Part shown: positions 22,100-36,755 of the stretch, piece by piece
Position numbering within the stretch: position 1 is the stretch's first letter
Layout of the letters: each line of letters begins with the position of its first letter
DNA from: Felis catus
Taxonomy: Eukaryota
Assembly: GCF_018350175.1 (NCBI RefSeq)
Contig: NC_058368.1
Coordinates: 55,802,001 to 55,866,000 of the forward strand
Direction of reading: 5' to 3'
DNA length: 64,000 bases
Translations under genes and position numbers: made by a program
The notes under the pieces: generated by a model
Seen by the model: only the letters and a program-made list of their open reading frames with translations
What the model was told of the DNA's origin: nothing
The model's database searches: none

Positions 22100-24380
22100 C
22101 ACGTATTTTCAAAATAATAAACATTTATTAATCCACTATCCACTATAAGAATTAGAACACTGCCAGTATTTATAGGTACCTATAAATACTCCTCTCCCAA
22201 GCTGCCAAGTGCACCTCCCCTCCCACCATGGTAAGCGCTATCTTGTTTAAATGTTTATCATTCCTCTTGGTTGTTTCTCTAACAACCATCAGACATTTAT
22301 GCATACTTATGCAATATTTAGGTTATATATATTTTTAGAGATATGGAATATGAAACAGTATATAATCTAGTTAGAATTGTTTTATTCAACCAGCATTTTG
22401 TTCTTAAAGTCCAACTGTGCTATTGCATATTACTACAGTGTTTTATTTTTCCTGCCATACACTATTTCATTCCTTGACTATACTATAGTTTATTCATTTT
22501 CTAAAAGTGGATGTTGTATGGCTTTTAAGGTTTTCCTATTATGAGAAGTGATGCTGTTAAATATCTCCCAATATCTCCTTTTTTTATGAAGTAAATTTTT
22601 CTGATACTAGTTTCAATATTTTTAAATTAAAAATTTTCTTAAGATAATTATGGATTCACATATTATTGTAAGAATAATTCAGAAATATTGTGTTTTTCTT
22701 CACTTTTTTACTGTTGTTTACATTGATCAGTATTTCTTTACTTTTAGGTTTATATCAATGTCAATATGGATTAAGAAATATAACATCACTAGCTACTTTA
22801 AGCAAAGAACTATTATTCTAAGTGTAAAACAAATTAGAATAGCTGCAAGAGTGCAGAGGACAATTCTAGGTTAGCCAGACATTTCTTAAATTGGATACAA
22901 AAGCACTTTTCCAAAAAGGAAACCTTTAATGAATTAGATTTCATTAAAATTAAGATCTCTTCCAACAAATATTTAGGACAGTTAAGAAGGTTGAAATACT
23001 GAGAAAAATTTTGTGATACATACACCTGAAATAGTTCTATATAAAACCCATAAATGTTATCAATTAATTATACAAAGATATGCATAAAATTAAAAAAAAT
23101 GTTCAACATACTTGGACATGTCACTAGAAGTATTCAGATCATTAACAAAACACAAAAACATGTCCAATTACAAGTAATCAATTCAAATTTATATCTAACC
23201 TATAATGAGATACCATTAGTGCTCACCAGAATGGCTAAATGCAGTTTTTTCAGTTACCAAGGGTTTTCAAGAGTTTGTAATTCGTAATTACATATTCTTT
23301 TAATGGAATATGACTGGAGATGTCCTTCTGAAAGTGTCAACTAAAGATCAGCATAATATGTATTAGCAAGAACTCCTTCCTGGTCATATATTTAATAGAA
23401 ATGTGTATATATGTGCCATGTTAGACATGCACAAAAAGTAATAGGGTCATTTTACATAATAGTTACTACAACCCAAATACATATCAGTGTAAACATATAT
23501 AAAATGGATATACTCATACAATGATCTATGTAGCAATAAAAATTATTTAAAATTAGGGGCGCCTGGGTGGCGCAGTCGGTTAAGCGTCCGACTTCAGCCA
23601 GGTCACGATCTCGCGCTCCGTGAGTTGGAGCCCCGCGTCGGGCTCTGGGCTGATGGCTCAGAGCCTGGAGCCTGTTTCCGATTCTGTGTCTCCCTCTCTC
23701 TCTGCCCCTCCCCCGTTCATGCTCTGTCTCTCTCTGTCCCAAAAATAAATAAATGTTGAAAAAAAAATTAAAAAAAAATTAAAAATTAAAATAAAACATG
23801 TTATAGTTATGCAAAAAAGTGGGATGAATCTAACAAATAATAATGAAAGACTTTAGGGAGGCACCTGGGTGGCTTAGTTGGTTAAACATCAGACTTTGCA
23901 TCATGATTTTGGGGTTCACGAGTTCGAGCCCCGTGTTGGGCTCTGTGGTGACAGCTCAGATTCTGTGTTTCAGATTCTGTGAGCCTGCTTCAGATTCTGT
24001 GTTTCCCTCTCTCTCTCTGCCCCTCCCCCACTCATATTCTATCTTTCTGTCTCAAAACTAAATAAAAACATTAAAAAATTAATGAAAGACATTAGGCAAA
24101 CACAAAAGTACTTGTGCAGTGATGCCATTTATTCAAAGTTCAAAAGGAAGCAAAATGAAATGACTATTAGTAATCAGGATAATGGTTGCCTTTATGGAGG
24201 AGAGAAGGGTAGTGATTAGAAGAGAGCAGGAGGTGTCTTCTTAGTTGCTCTTACTTTTTCTATTTCTTGACCTTTGACAGTTGTAGTTACAAATATATGA
24301 TTGTGTTGTGGTAATCTATTGAACTGTATACAGTTGTGAATTGTGCACATTTCTCTTTATATGCCATACTTCAAAAGCAT
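22100..24380. mobile_element. Old L1M fragments (minus 22100-22600, plus 22840-24380) with nested SINEs (23556-23790 young, 23856-24080)
   Basis: Degenerate L1 3' motifs such as caccagaatggctaaa and aagttcaaaaggaagcaaaa. Confidence 0.7.
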
Positions 24381-27083
24381 TAAATATTGTTATAAGAAAT
24401 TTACAAGTTGTCATCATTTACACGTGGAAGGCTTTATAACCTATAATTTTCAACATTAAAGGAAATGACAATTTTCTTTTATGATGAAGCTGCAGCTTAT
24501 AATAACACAAACAATAAATAAGTTATGTTTATTACTATATTGTTTATATTGTCTACTGGTTTATTTTTACAAATTAGTTGCATATCTTATAGTCATCCTT
24601 ATTTCATTTGTCTAATTATTGATAATATTAAGAATGTTTTCGTTCATTAACTTCACAATTTCATTATCTAATATTCTGGATATTTAGAGAATTATATAAA
24701 CAACATGATCTTGTATTTATGTCTATGTATTTATCTGTATCTACAATGTGAAGTTCACAAATATTGCCTCATTTTTATTTTAATGTGTGAATATTAATGA
24801 TTTTGCTATATTTAAAACTAGCTTGACTACCAGAAATGTTCTTTTACTGGTAAAAAATATTTTCTCTCGAAAGTGTTCACCTCAGAGTTGTAGACAAGTA
24901 TAATAGAGTTGTAGACAAGACATAATAAATATGAATGGAAAGTACCAGGAGGTTCTAGTGTATATTAATAAACATTTTTAGAACATAAGCAAGTTTCACT
25001 AACAAATTGTAATAACATATGTAATACATCATATAATAGTGGCAAAATCAAAATATTACAAATTCAACTGTGGACTAATAAAATGTAAGGTTAACACAAA
25101 GCTCTCACTACTGTTTTCCTTAGCATATAAGCCAGCACAACCAAATTGATAAGGAGCCTCAACTCTGTTTGTCTCTCTGGAGCTGAGCTGGTTGTAGACC
25201 AACACAAGTTGATCACTAGGTGATTCCAGTTGTTTGGGAAGATATCCACAAACAAATGTTACTAATCCTACCAGCTGGGGGTGGACATCAGGCAAAGCAG
25301 AGAGACAGATGAATCCCTTGTTGAAAAGAGTACAATGAAAGTTTTGCCAGCTAAGTGATTTGCTTCCTGCTCACAGATCTCAAATTCAGGCTTTGGTTGA
25401 TCTTGATTTGTTCTTTCTCAGAATCATTTAATTGGCAATGAGATGGGATATTCTTAAGAGGAAGATCATGATAAACTGATCCCCACCTTGGCAGAAATGT
25501 GGCTTTGAATATTAATTATTTCTGCTGCTGGATGTGCAGGAATACTTAAGAATAAGTGGAGAAATACAGGCTCTGTGAGAAATGCTTAACTTTTAATGAA
25601 GAGAAAGATGAAAGAATTTCTTGGATATCATCCCTCAGTAACCTGTAAAAAACTCACTAAAATGTTAGATAAAAAGAAATATTGGGGGGAAGAAATGTCA
25701 TAAAATCAGAAGTTTTGAAAAAAAATAGAATCAGAAAAAAAGGGCCAAAGTAAATAGTATGAACATTACAAGAACTATAAACAGTTATAAGGTGGTGTTA
25801 ATTATGGTATTAACTATTAAGCAGCACTGGGCCAATCACCATCTACATAATGCAGCAGATGATTGGTTTCTAGGAGCTTATGCCTCTTGTATTTTAGATA
25901 AAAAAATAGAAGTAGAAGAAAATGAAAAAAACAAAGTTAAAGTTCCAGGTTACAGATCAGGCAAATGTATAAGATCTGGGAAAATTGTGCCAAGGCCAGC
26001 ACCTAATATGAATTGCATGGCAGCTGGACCTTGGGAAAAAATATAAGAGGCTATCAACTAGTAACAAAATTAGATATGGTTGAATGGGAACATAAGCCTT
26101 AATCTAAGCCAGTATTCCAAAGATCATGAAAAATATAAAAATCTCTAATAGATTATTATCAGATTGAATACATGAAAGAAAAATTATTACCAATTAACGT
26201 TTATTTCAGGAATGTAACATTGGTTTCATATTCAAAAATTAATAAAATTTGGTCTAGCTGGACCTTGACCTGGATGATGAGGATACTCACACAACAGACA
26301 AATATCTATTAAGCAGAGTAATGGCCATAGGTATAAATGAATTTGATTTATAAGGGATATAAAATTTGTTTATGATTAATTTTATTTGACAAATGTATTG
26401 ATTATGTAGACTGACAAATGCTGCCTAGACTAGTTTAGTTCTGAAAATAAGTAACTCAAATGTACTATATCAATTTACAAACTCCATTGTGAAAAAAATA
26501 TATACAGTGTTAATCATTCCTGGTAGTTTTGTGGTGGGGTTAAGGTAACCTTACCATGTGATATACGCATATTCATTAACTGTGTGAAGTCAGACTTGTT
26601 AGTTTTATTATTATTGGAATAATATAATGATATTTGTTCACATATTCACATTGACACCAACCATCAATTATCTGACTTACAATGTAACCAATTGCATGTA
26701 TTTGTGGAAATACATATACATAAACAGCATTCAGACGTTACCAACCTTCAGGAACTTTATTTTTCAGTTACATAATAAAGTATAGAAATGAGTTATCAGT
26801 AATGCAGATCAGGTCCCAAAAGTAATTACTTTTGGTTTTCTCCACTAGTTATACCTCATAAAACACTTTCATATACAGATAAAAAAGAAACAGAAACTAC
26901 TCTTCAGATCATAGTCTTCTTTAGAGAAGCAGATCTTGCTGCTGACACTGCATCCTCAAAAAATAATGAAGGACTTTCATGGCATTTCTATTTAATTTTC
27001 TGAATGTATATGTGTATAGCTAGAAAGGGAGTCAAGCCAATAATTAAGAGTTCTAGGAACCTGAAAGATAAATCAAAAAGGAG

Positions 27084-28163
27084 GGGGCGCCTAGGTAGCT
27101 CAGTCAGTTAAGCATCACACTTTGTGCGTGCGTGTGTGTGTGTGTTACTTTTTTTTAATTTTATTTTTTATTTTTTATTTTTAAAAATTTACATCCAAAT
27201 TAGCATATAGTGCAACAATGATTTCAGGAGTAGATTCCTTAATGCCCCTTATCCATTTAGCCCATCCCCCCTCCCACAACCCCTTCAGTAACCCTCAGTT
27301 TGTTCTCCATATTTATGAGTCTCTTCTGTTTTGTCCCCCTCCCTGTTTTTATATGATTTTTGTTTCCCTTCCCTTATGTTCATCTGTTTTGTCTCTTAAA
27401 GTCCTCATATGAGTGAAGTCATATGATTTTTGTCTTTTTCTGAGTAATTTCACTTAGCATAATACCCTCCAGTTCCATCCATGTAGTTGCAAATGGCAAG
27501 ATTTCATTCTCTTTGATAAGCGTCCAACTCCTGATTTCATCTCAGGTCATGAGTTCATGGGTTGTGGGGTTGAGCCCCAAGTCAGGCTCTGCACTGGGTT
27601 TGGAACCTGCTTAAGACTCTCTATCCCTCTCTCTCTGCCCTTCTATCACTCGTGCTCTCTTTCTCAAAATAAATAAACATTTTAAAAAAAGGGAGCTTTT
27701 TATTTTTTATTTTTATTATTTTATATTTTTAATGTTTATTTATTTTCAAGAGAGAGAGAGAGAGACAGAAATCAGGGGAGGGCAGAGAAAGAGGGAGACA
27801 CAGAATCTGAAGCAGGCTCCAAGCTCTGAGCTGTCAGCATAGGGCCCGTGACACAGGGCTCGAACTCACAAACTGTGAGATATGACCTGAACTGAAGTTG
27901 GATGCTTAACCAACTGAGCCACCCAGGCGCCCTTTATTTTTCATTTTTATTTTTTTTTAATTTAAGTTTGTTTATTTTGAGAGAGAGCGAGAGAAAGAGA
28001 GAGAGCAGGGGAGGGGCAGAGAGTGACAGAGAATCCCAAGCAGGCTTCACACTGTTAGCATAGAGCCTGATGTGGGGCTTGATCCCACGAATTATGAGCT
28101 ATGCATGACCTGAGATGAAATCATGAGTTGAATGCTTAACTGACTGAGCCACCCGTGCACCCC
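27084..28163. mobile_element. Nest: plus SINE (27084-27690) interrupted by an L1 3' end (about 27150-27516, minus), then two minus SINEs
   Basis: SINE head breaks at taagcatc and resumes at taagcgtc. Confidence 0.85.
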
Positions 28164-28239
28164 AAGGAGAAACTTTTAAAAATGACACTAAGACAACTCC
28201 GTGTTTTAGCTTTATTTCCATGTTTTCCAAAGTTTGGTC

Positions 28240-28385
28240 AGCAAGACAACATTAGAAATTTATATTCTGCACACCTTCCTGTCCAGATTCATTTGCAAAC
28301 CATGGGGGCATTTGGGAGTAATAATTTCTGCATCTTTAATAAGCCTCCAAGTGATAGTTTTCACAATATAGTTTGAAAGCTACCT
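28240..28385. mobile_element. MER5-like remnant
   Basis: ctgcatctttaataagcctccaagtgat..gtttgaaagc. Confidence 0.55.
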
Positions 28386-28499
28386 TTCTTTTTGATAATA
28401 GAAAACTTCTGTTTCTGAGAGGAATTTTTAATGGTCAACAGCTGAAATGGACATCAAAGCATTTATCCCATTGGAAAGTATCGTTTTCAGCTTAATGTT

Positions 28500-28955
28500 T
28501 TTAAAATTTTTTAATTTTATTTTTTTTTAATTTTTAATGTTATTTTTTGAGAGAGACAGTGTGTGAGTGGGGGAGGGGCAGGAAGAGGAGGGGAGACAGA
28601 CTCTGAAGCAGGCTCCAGGCTCCCAGCTGTCAGCATAAAGAGCCTGATGTGGGTTCGAATCCGTGAGATCATGACCTGAGCTGAAGTCGGAAGCTTAATA
28701 GACTGAGCCACCCAGGCGCCCCTCAACATTTTTTTAAATGTTTATTTGAGAGAAAGAGGAGAGAGTGTGAGTAGGGGAGGGGCAGAGGGAGAGAGAGAAA
28801 GAGAGGGAGAGAGAGAGAGAGTGCGAAAATCCCAAGTGGGCTACACACTGTTAGCACAGAGCCTGATGCGGGGCTCTGTCTCACAAATGTGAGATCATGA
28901 AATAAGCTGAAATCAAGAGTCTGCCACTCAACTGACTGAGCCACCTAGACGCCCC
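28500..28955 (-). mobile_element. Two tandem CanSINEs
   Basis: Heads ending at about 28722 and 28955. Confidence 0.9.
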
Positions 28956-29564
28956 TCAGCTCATTATTAAAGTTTGAGTAGAGATCATTATATGTGATGA
29001 TTTAATGTCAAACTTTTCTCAGAAGGAAGAGTCACTGGCATTTGAATTTTTTGAGAAACAAAATATGTGGAATTCATAGGTTTATATGTAATACTCTTAT
29101 TGTTTTATTGTATTGGCAATGGGCCAGAAAATAAAATATAATGACTTAGGTGACACAAAAATATCTCTGTTATGATCAAACTTTCTAGGATGTGGTTTCA
29201 GGTGGAGTTGTCAAAAATTCTCATGTTTATGCATTTTGGAACTCCAGATGCAGATGGAAACGGTGAAAATATTGTTTAAAAAAGTTCATAAAGGGTATTC
29301 CAGTTAATAACACTGCATAGTAGTTCACATAATAATCAATAACTTGTAACCACAAATCTCATTTTATTATTTCTCATGATTTTGCATATGAGGATTTGAG
29401 CAAGGATTCATCTAGATTTCTGGCCCATGAATGCTCATGAATTCAGATGGTATTTGGAGCTGAAATGGCAGAGGTTTGGGTGAAATAGATACATGCAGGC
29501 TGGGCATTTCTCATTCTGTGTTGTCTTAGTTCTTCTCCATGGATTCTGTCCTCTCTTCTGTTTT

Positions 29565-29779
29565 GAATTTTTTTAGTGTAATTTATTTTTGAGAGAGACA
29601 GAGAGAATTTGAGCGTGAACATGAGCAGGGGAAGGGCAGAGAGAAAAGGAGACAGAGGATCCGAAGCAGTCTCTGAGTTCTCAGCACAGAGCCTGATGCA
29701 GGGGCTCAAACTCACAAACTACGAAGTCATGACCTGAATTGAAGTGCGATGCTTAACCAGCCAAGCCACCCAGGTGCCC
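29565..29779 (-). mobile_element. CanSINE
   Basis: Typical head and tail. Confidence 0.9.
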
Positions 29780-29861
29780 TTGTTTTGTATTTTCTTACAG
29801 CATAACCACTTTTCATGAGTGAGATTACTTACACCAAATGTCCGCAAATTACAGCACAAAG

Positions 29862-30265
29862 AGGATTGCCTGATAAAATGATAATACAGGATACAGTTAA
29901 ATTTGAATTTCAGATAAACATGAATAGCTTTTTTTTTGTATAAATATGTCCTGGACATTATTTGGGACCAAATTACACTTTAAAGAAAAAAGTATTTATT
30001 ATTTATCTGAAATTCAAAGTGCACTAGACACGCTATATTTTTATTTACTACTTCTGGTAACCATTGACCAAATCTGGATGGTCTTCTGTTTTTATAAATA
30101 AAGTTTATGTGGGACACAGCCAAACCAAATCATTTCAGTATTGTCTGTGGAAGCTTTCATGCTGTAAGGGCAGAGTTGAATAGTTGCAGCAGAGACCACA
30201 TCCATGGCAAAGTCTAAAATATTTACTATCTGACCTTTTATAGAACAAGGTTTGCCAGTCTCAGC
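29862..30265. mobile_element. MER33-like followed by MER58A-like hAT MITEs
   Basis: cagttaaatttgaatttcagataaac..tctggtaacc, then aataaagttt..acacagcca..aatatttactatctgaccttt. Confidence 0.7.
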
Positions 30266-32342
30266 CTTGTAAAGCAGTTTTCCAGTAAGAAAGGTCAAAG
30301 CTATATCTGCTTTCATAACTAAACTTGGGAGGTCTCACAGCTCACTTCTGGCATAGTCATAGCTGCCAAGACTAAGGTGAGAGGAATTAAACTCAGTTTG
30401 CAAAAGGGAAAGGGAAGTGTCCAGAAAGACCTGACAGTAGATATTTTTGCAGCCATCTTGGAAAATACAAACTTCTACTTACTGGATTGTGACTTGTTTT
30501 CTTAAGACAGCACTCTGAAAACAAATGGGAACATTTCACAAACAAGAAAAGTAATTCTTTTTTTTTTAAGATTTTATTTTTAAGAAATATTTACTCACCA
30601 ATGTGGAGTTCTAACTCACAATCCTGAGATCACAAGTCACGTGCTTTACCAACTGAGCCAGACAGGCACCCCAAGAAAAGTGATTTCTATTTGAAAGTTT
30701 TCCACCATAAAAATTTGAAGATGTGTAGATTAGAAATGTTTCTTATATAATTCATAGATAATAAAAAATATATAGTATTGCTTTTTAAATAAAGCCTTAT
30801 CTTAAATTCACTTCCCAGGCAATTTTGTTTTAAAAGTAGAGAAGAGAGAGATGCATCCACAGACTTAGTGAAAATGTCAAGTTTTCACTAATGTAGGTCC
30901 TGACAATTCAAGTTTGCCTATTTAAGGAACACTAGTCACATCTTAATGTACTAAAAAATTTAGCTTGGGTTAATTCAGAATAATGTTTCTTTTTTTATAT
31001 TTCTCTAAAGTAATATGTATAAATTTAAACCCTCTTCAGTCAAATTTAGGTCTTAATAAACCAACAATATGTTGAATGGCAGAAAATGCTAAAGTAACTG
31101 TAAGATAATTTAGTTGATTTATAAAACCAGTGAAGATGTTAAGTCATAACATTTTAAATCACATAACAATATTGTTTCCATATGCATGTTTAACGCTTTG
31201 ACTAATTCAGATGCTTCTTCATTGTTTTTCATCTTCATATAAACTGAACAGTGTGTATCTAAGATAAATATTCATATTAAGGATATGAAATGATCTCACT
31301 TTAATATTGTTTAATAAAAACATGCACATAAAACAGATTAAACATTTAAATAATACAGAACTTGATGCATTGCTACATCATGATTAATAGTAAAAATTTT
31401 AAATAATTCATGCCCAGTTTTAAATATGCACCCTATGTGCTGAACATGAATATAGTAAGAATATAACTTGGGGCATTATGATTTATAACTGGTAGCTGAT
31501 ATTGATTAACAATAGAAAAAAGAAAATGCTAAGATACAGATGTATGTGATTATCATTTTGATTCCTCAAGGCAACTTAACTGTATGGAAAATGATTGATT
31601 ATCTTCAAATAATACATAATCATCTACATTGTGTGCTTCTATTATGTCACTTGATTCATATATCTCTATATTTAAGTACAAAAGTAAAGATTCTAGTGTC
31701 AGTATCAATTACTCAACAAGTGCATATTAGCAATATATCCTTCAGAAATATCATTAAACTCTAACACAGATTAATATTCTAGATACCTATAATTTTAAAT
31801 TATAATTTTCTTAACTCTGTAAAATACAGAATTTGTAGTCAAGATTTTCATTTTTTTATCTCTTTTTGGCCATTTACAGATTATGCTCCATACACATTCA
31901 TAAGACAGTATTACTGCTCTTATACTATGTGACAATAATAGCAAATTACCATTATTCTGTATAGGTAATATGCTAAACAATTTATATGCCGTTAGAATAT
32001 CTGTATAATATGGATTTTATTACAAAGTCTTTACTGCAGAAAGAGAAACGAAGTCTTATCCAACTTGTACATTTAGCAAGCTATGAGGCTAGTACTTGAA
32101 TTTGTTCAATTTGGTTCCAAATCTTTGGCTCTTCCTTGCTATTAAGAATTATCAAATACTGAATTAGTATTAAGAAAACAAACAAGAAGAACTAAGTCTT
32201 TGAACTCGCAAACTTCTTTCATTGTCTAGGTAACATTAGAGATAACATTAGTGAATAAATATGATAAATTGAATAATGAACAAAACCTTATGAGATTGCA
32301 AAGAGAAAAGGAATCACCTATATGACATTTGAACTAAGTTTT

Positions 32343-32738
32343 TTTTTTTAATACTAATAACTTTTTCTCATTTATTTGGTTTGTAACTTATCTGCTTCCC
32401 TGAGTTATTTCTCTTTTTATTCTTTTTTTTAAATATGAAATTTATTGTCAAATTGGTTTCCATACAACACCCAGTGCTAATCCCAAAAGGTGCCCTCCTC
32501 AATACCCATCACCCACCCTCCCTTCCCGCCCACCCCCCCCCCATCTGCCCTCAGTTTTTTCTCAGTTTTTAAGAGTCTCTTATGCTTTGGCTCTCTCCCT
32601 CTCTAACCTCTTTTTTTTTCTTCCCCTCCCCCATGGAATTCTGTTAAGTTTCTCAGGATCCACATAAGAGTGAAACCATATGGTATCTGTCTTTCTCTGT
32701 ATGACTCAACGGCCTTTTGTAGCAACATGGATGGAACT
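32343..32738 (-). mobile_element. Short felid L1 with 5' inversion and 3' transduction
   Basis: L1 3'UTR at about 32423-32703 matches the L1 at 41.5-41.8 kb. Inverted piece at 32711-32738. TSD gaactaagtttt. Confidence 0.85.
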
Positions 32739-33809
32739 AAGTTTTAATAATTAGTATCCTTTCAACAAGTAGAAATGTTTTCATAGAAGACATAACATGT
32801 ACAAAGTCATAGAAGCATGACATATTTTATTGACCCCACACCTTTGCCTCTTTGCATCATTATTAGAGTATACCGACTAACATTCTGAGGTCATTTTTGT
32901 GATAGCATATGTAAAGCAATATTTAATTGTGTATTCCTCTTTTATTTTCAACTATTAAATTATTAAATACTAGATACCAGGTTCTACATCTTCGTTATCA
33001 TTTAACCTCTAACTTACAATTTAGTGCTTAGCTATAGCAGTGGTGCTCAAGAAATGCTTGTTTAATAAGTGAAAGAATTAACAATGGTGACTGACACATT
33101 TAAGATGCCTAGTTGGTATAATTACTATATTAAAATTTTACATTTAATTATTAAGGTAAGAGATCTGAGAGGGAGAGAGAAACATTTATGGAATCAGGAT
33201 TCAATTATTTTAGTTAGATAAAAAGTATCTGGTTAACACAGTGTATTATAAAGTACTCTTCTAAATTTTACAAGAAGGGAATGAAGATAGAATGAGCAAC
33301 TGACTGCACTCAAACCATATGTAGTTTATAGTTTCTTAACTCTTGTTTGTCCATAAATCCACTTTTCAAACTAATTAAAGGTTGTAGATCCATTCTTAGA
33401 GTAATGTTTGAATTGTATACAATACATAGGATTACAAAGGAAGCAAATTATTTTGTAATATGGTGATACATTTGTCAAGTAAGCTGGTTATGTTTTATTA
33501 TGAATTTGTCTTTGTTAATTTATTAAATAACAAGTTCTTATAGCTGGCCTAATAATTATACTTTCAAAATACCAATTAGTATAAATGATATTTTGACATA
33601 TCTACAAATTGTGCCCTTCATGATGGAAAGACAAAGCACAAAACAAAACAAACAAAAACCACACGAAAAGCAAACAAAAGAAAAAAAGAAACAACAACAA
33701 CAACTCTTGTTTATTTCATCTAGGAAATTCAGTTTTACCAGAAATCCATGAACTTATTGGTACTATTTGTCAACTAGTGGTCATAATTAAATTACATGGG
33801 ACAAATGTG

Positions 33810-34240
33810 TTACAGAAAGTTGCAAAAATGACTCTAATTCTTCATCAGCCCCCCCTTGCCATATGGCTTTGAAGTCTCTACCTACTCTAATCATTGCCGT
33901 GAGCTTGTGACTTGCTTTGGTCAAAGGGTTTTTAGCAGATGTGATACAAATAAAGGCTTATGAAAGCACAGGTACAATTGAATTTGCTCCTTTTTTGCAC
34001 TTCTGCTGTTGTCATAAATACATGCCTAGGTTAGTCCCACTAGCAGTGTAGATATGTGGGCTACCGATTATTTACTTCAGTAGGCCCAACTGAGGCCATC
34101 GTAAATCAGCAGACAGCTGGCCGAATCCCTATGTGTAAACTGACCCAGCCAAGGTCAGCAAAGCTGCCTCACAGACTTCTAGATGATCCCAAAAATATGA
34201 GTTATAAGCACTAATGCCATATGCTATCATCATTCTGGCA
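33810..34240 (+). mobile_element. Old MaLR (MLT1-like) LTR
   Basis: ttgtgacttgctttggtcaa and cagccaaggtcagca motifs. Confidence 0.55.
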
Positions 34241-35389
34241 AGAAGACACTAATCCCATTCTGCACACTTCATTTGCTGTTGTCTCAAAATGACAGATAGG
34301 ATAAAATAGAATACCTTGATTGATTTGGAATATGTATATATATTATATGTGTGTGTATATGAAAACTTTTATACCTCTTAATGTTCATGAAATCTTATTG
34401 TGCACATAGTGATTAACAACTAATGAAGTCAATCCTGCACATAGTAAGGATTCAAATATATATATATTTCCTAATAAATTACAGAGTCATTTTCACTTAG
34501 GAACATATTTTAGAGTGCATATGAATTTAATGATGAACAAGGAACATCTCTATTAAACTTGATTAATCCCTTCTTTTGGAAAGAACTGGTATTACATTGT
34601 ACACTGTGAAACAGCATATAGCAAAAAAAAAAAAAAAAATAGCAGAAAGCCACTCATTTTCAAGGAGTTCAATATTAACAAAAGGTGTAAATAACATGTA
34701 AAAACCACATGAATCTAACATATTTACTCACTTATTATCCTACTCACTGAGAAATAATTTCCCGTAATGTCCACAATTTATAATTATGCCTAACTTATAA
34801 ATTACTTAAATGCACTGCAAATGTCCTGCTTGATTTTTAATTGACATCAAAAGCAGATTTCTACCTGTTGTAGTCTAACATTTTAATTTTATTTTAAAAA
34901 GAAAGCCATTTAGCAGTAGCAAATAAAATACGCTGCATGCTAAGTGAAGAGTATCTGCTCTATATTTTTCAAAGAAATTGTTTTTCATCATCAAATCTGG
35001 GTATTATGCAAAAAGGAAACATGATTAAAATAGAATTGTACCCAGTGGCCCAAAGAGAAGAAGCCAGTCTGTCAGAAATACAAATACAAATTCAAAAGAA
35101 CAAATTGAAGTTAAGAAAGGATAAAAAAAAAGTTGGCATTATATAAAGCAATCCCATGAGCGTATCAAATAGTTGGAATGCTAAGTTATTTCATCTACAA
35201 AAGAACTTTGAGAAAAAAAAAACAGTAACAAAATTTTGTCCTAGTCAAAGAGACCGAAGGAAATGGTTTAAATATTATTCAGCAGAGTAAATTACTAAAA
35301 TTGTGCATTTTTTTCATTCTTTTGAACTGTTATTACTGTATTGATGCCTTGAGTCATATACCTTTATTTTGAAGACAAGAACGAAACTA

Positions 35390-35938
35390 CAGTTGACCCT
35401 TGAGCATCACAAGTTTGAACTGTGCAGATCCACTTAAACAGATTTTTTTTACAGTACAATACTGTAATGTGTTTTCACTTCTTTAGGTTTTTCTTATTAA
35501 TATTTTTAGTTTATTGTATTGTAAGAATATATTACATAATACATGTAAAATATAAAATACATGTTAATCAATTTTATGTTTTTGGTAAGCCTTCCAGTTA
35601 ACTGTAGACTATTAGTAGTAAAGATCTGGAGAGTAAAAAGTTACTGGATTTTTTTTTTAACGTTTATTTATTTTTGAGACAGAGAGAGACAGAGCGTGAA
35701 CAGGGGAGGGGCAGAGAGAGAGGGAGACACAGAATCTGAAACAGGCTCCAGGCTCTGAGCTGTCAGCACAGAGCCCAACGCGGGGCTCGAACTCACAGAC
35801 CGTGAGATCATGACCTGAGCTGAAGTCGGAGGCTTAACTGACTGAGCCACCCAGGCACCCTGGAGAGTAAAAAGTTATACGAGAATGTTTGTTTGAAAAG
35901 TCAGTGCCCCTAACCCCTGCATGTTCAAGAGTCACCTG
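35390..35938. mobile_element. Tigger2-like non-autonomous element with a nested SINE (35650-35860)
   Basis: TA/cagttgacccttgagca ... tgttcaagagtcacctg/TA terminal inverted repeats. Confidence 0.85.
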
Positions 35939-36321
35939 TACAATGAGCCATTTGAATAAATTAGTAACTAAATTCACTCATTCATTAATTTCATAAATAT
36001 TTCTTGAACACCTACTGTTTTCCAGGCCCTGTTCAAGTTTCTGGGGACAGAACAATCAATAAAATTGGTGATATATCTCCTCTCATGATACTCACCATTT
36101 AATGGGGACAGACACAAAATAGTTTATAAGCAAAATGAGAAATAAATCTTTTGTCAGTTAAGTATAAATACCCTGAAAAAAAAAAGACAAGGCTGAAAGT
36201 ACAGAATGTAAAAGTTTATTTTATAAGGGATTATTACCTTATTAGTAATAATCACTCTGATGAAGTAAAATTTGAGTAGAGAATGAAGGATACAAAAATG
36301 GAAGTCATGTCCGTATTTGGG

Positions 36322-36755
36322 TGTTATAGGTTGAATTTTGTCCCCAAAACTTAGGCTGAAGTTCTGACCCTCTGAATGTGATCTTATTTGGAAATAATCT
36401 TTGTAGACATGATCAAATGAATGTGAAGTCATTAGGATAAGCCCTGAGCCAATCTGGCCAGTGTCCTTAGAAGAACAAGACTGTGGTACAAAGGCAAGAA
36501 TGCCACATGACCATAGAGGCAGAGATTGAAGTGATGCAGCTGCACACCAAGGAACCGCAACAATTGCTCACAAACCACTAGAATCGTAGAAAAGACAACG
36601 AAGTATGCTCCCCGAGAGTTTCAGAGAGCCGGGACCTGCTGATACTGTGATTTTGGACTTTTAGACTCTAGCTTGTGAGACAATAAATTGCTGTTGTGTT
36701 AAGTCACCCAGTTTGTGGTACTTTGTTATGGCAACGCTGGGAAGGAAACCAATAC
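36322..36755 (+). mobile_element. MLT1C-like MaLR LTR
   Basis: tgttataggttgaatt..cccc start and tgtgagacaataaatt..ggaaaccaataca end. Confidence 0.85.

Noticed and set aside
24884..24926. About 21-bp tandem duplication agagttgtagacaag..
   Set aside because: Two copies only, ordinary slippage, not an array.
25056..26046. 79-aa and 95-aa ORFs
   Set aside because: No recognisable homology or splice structure, and partly decayed L1.
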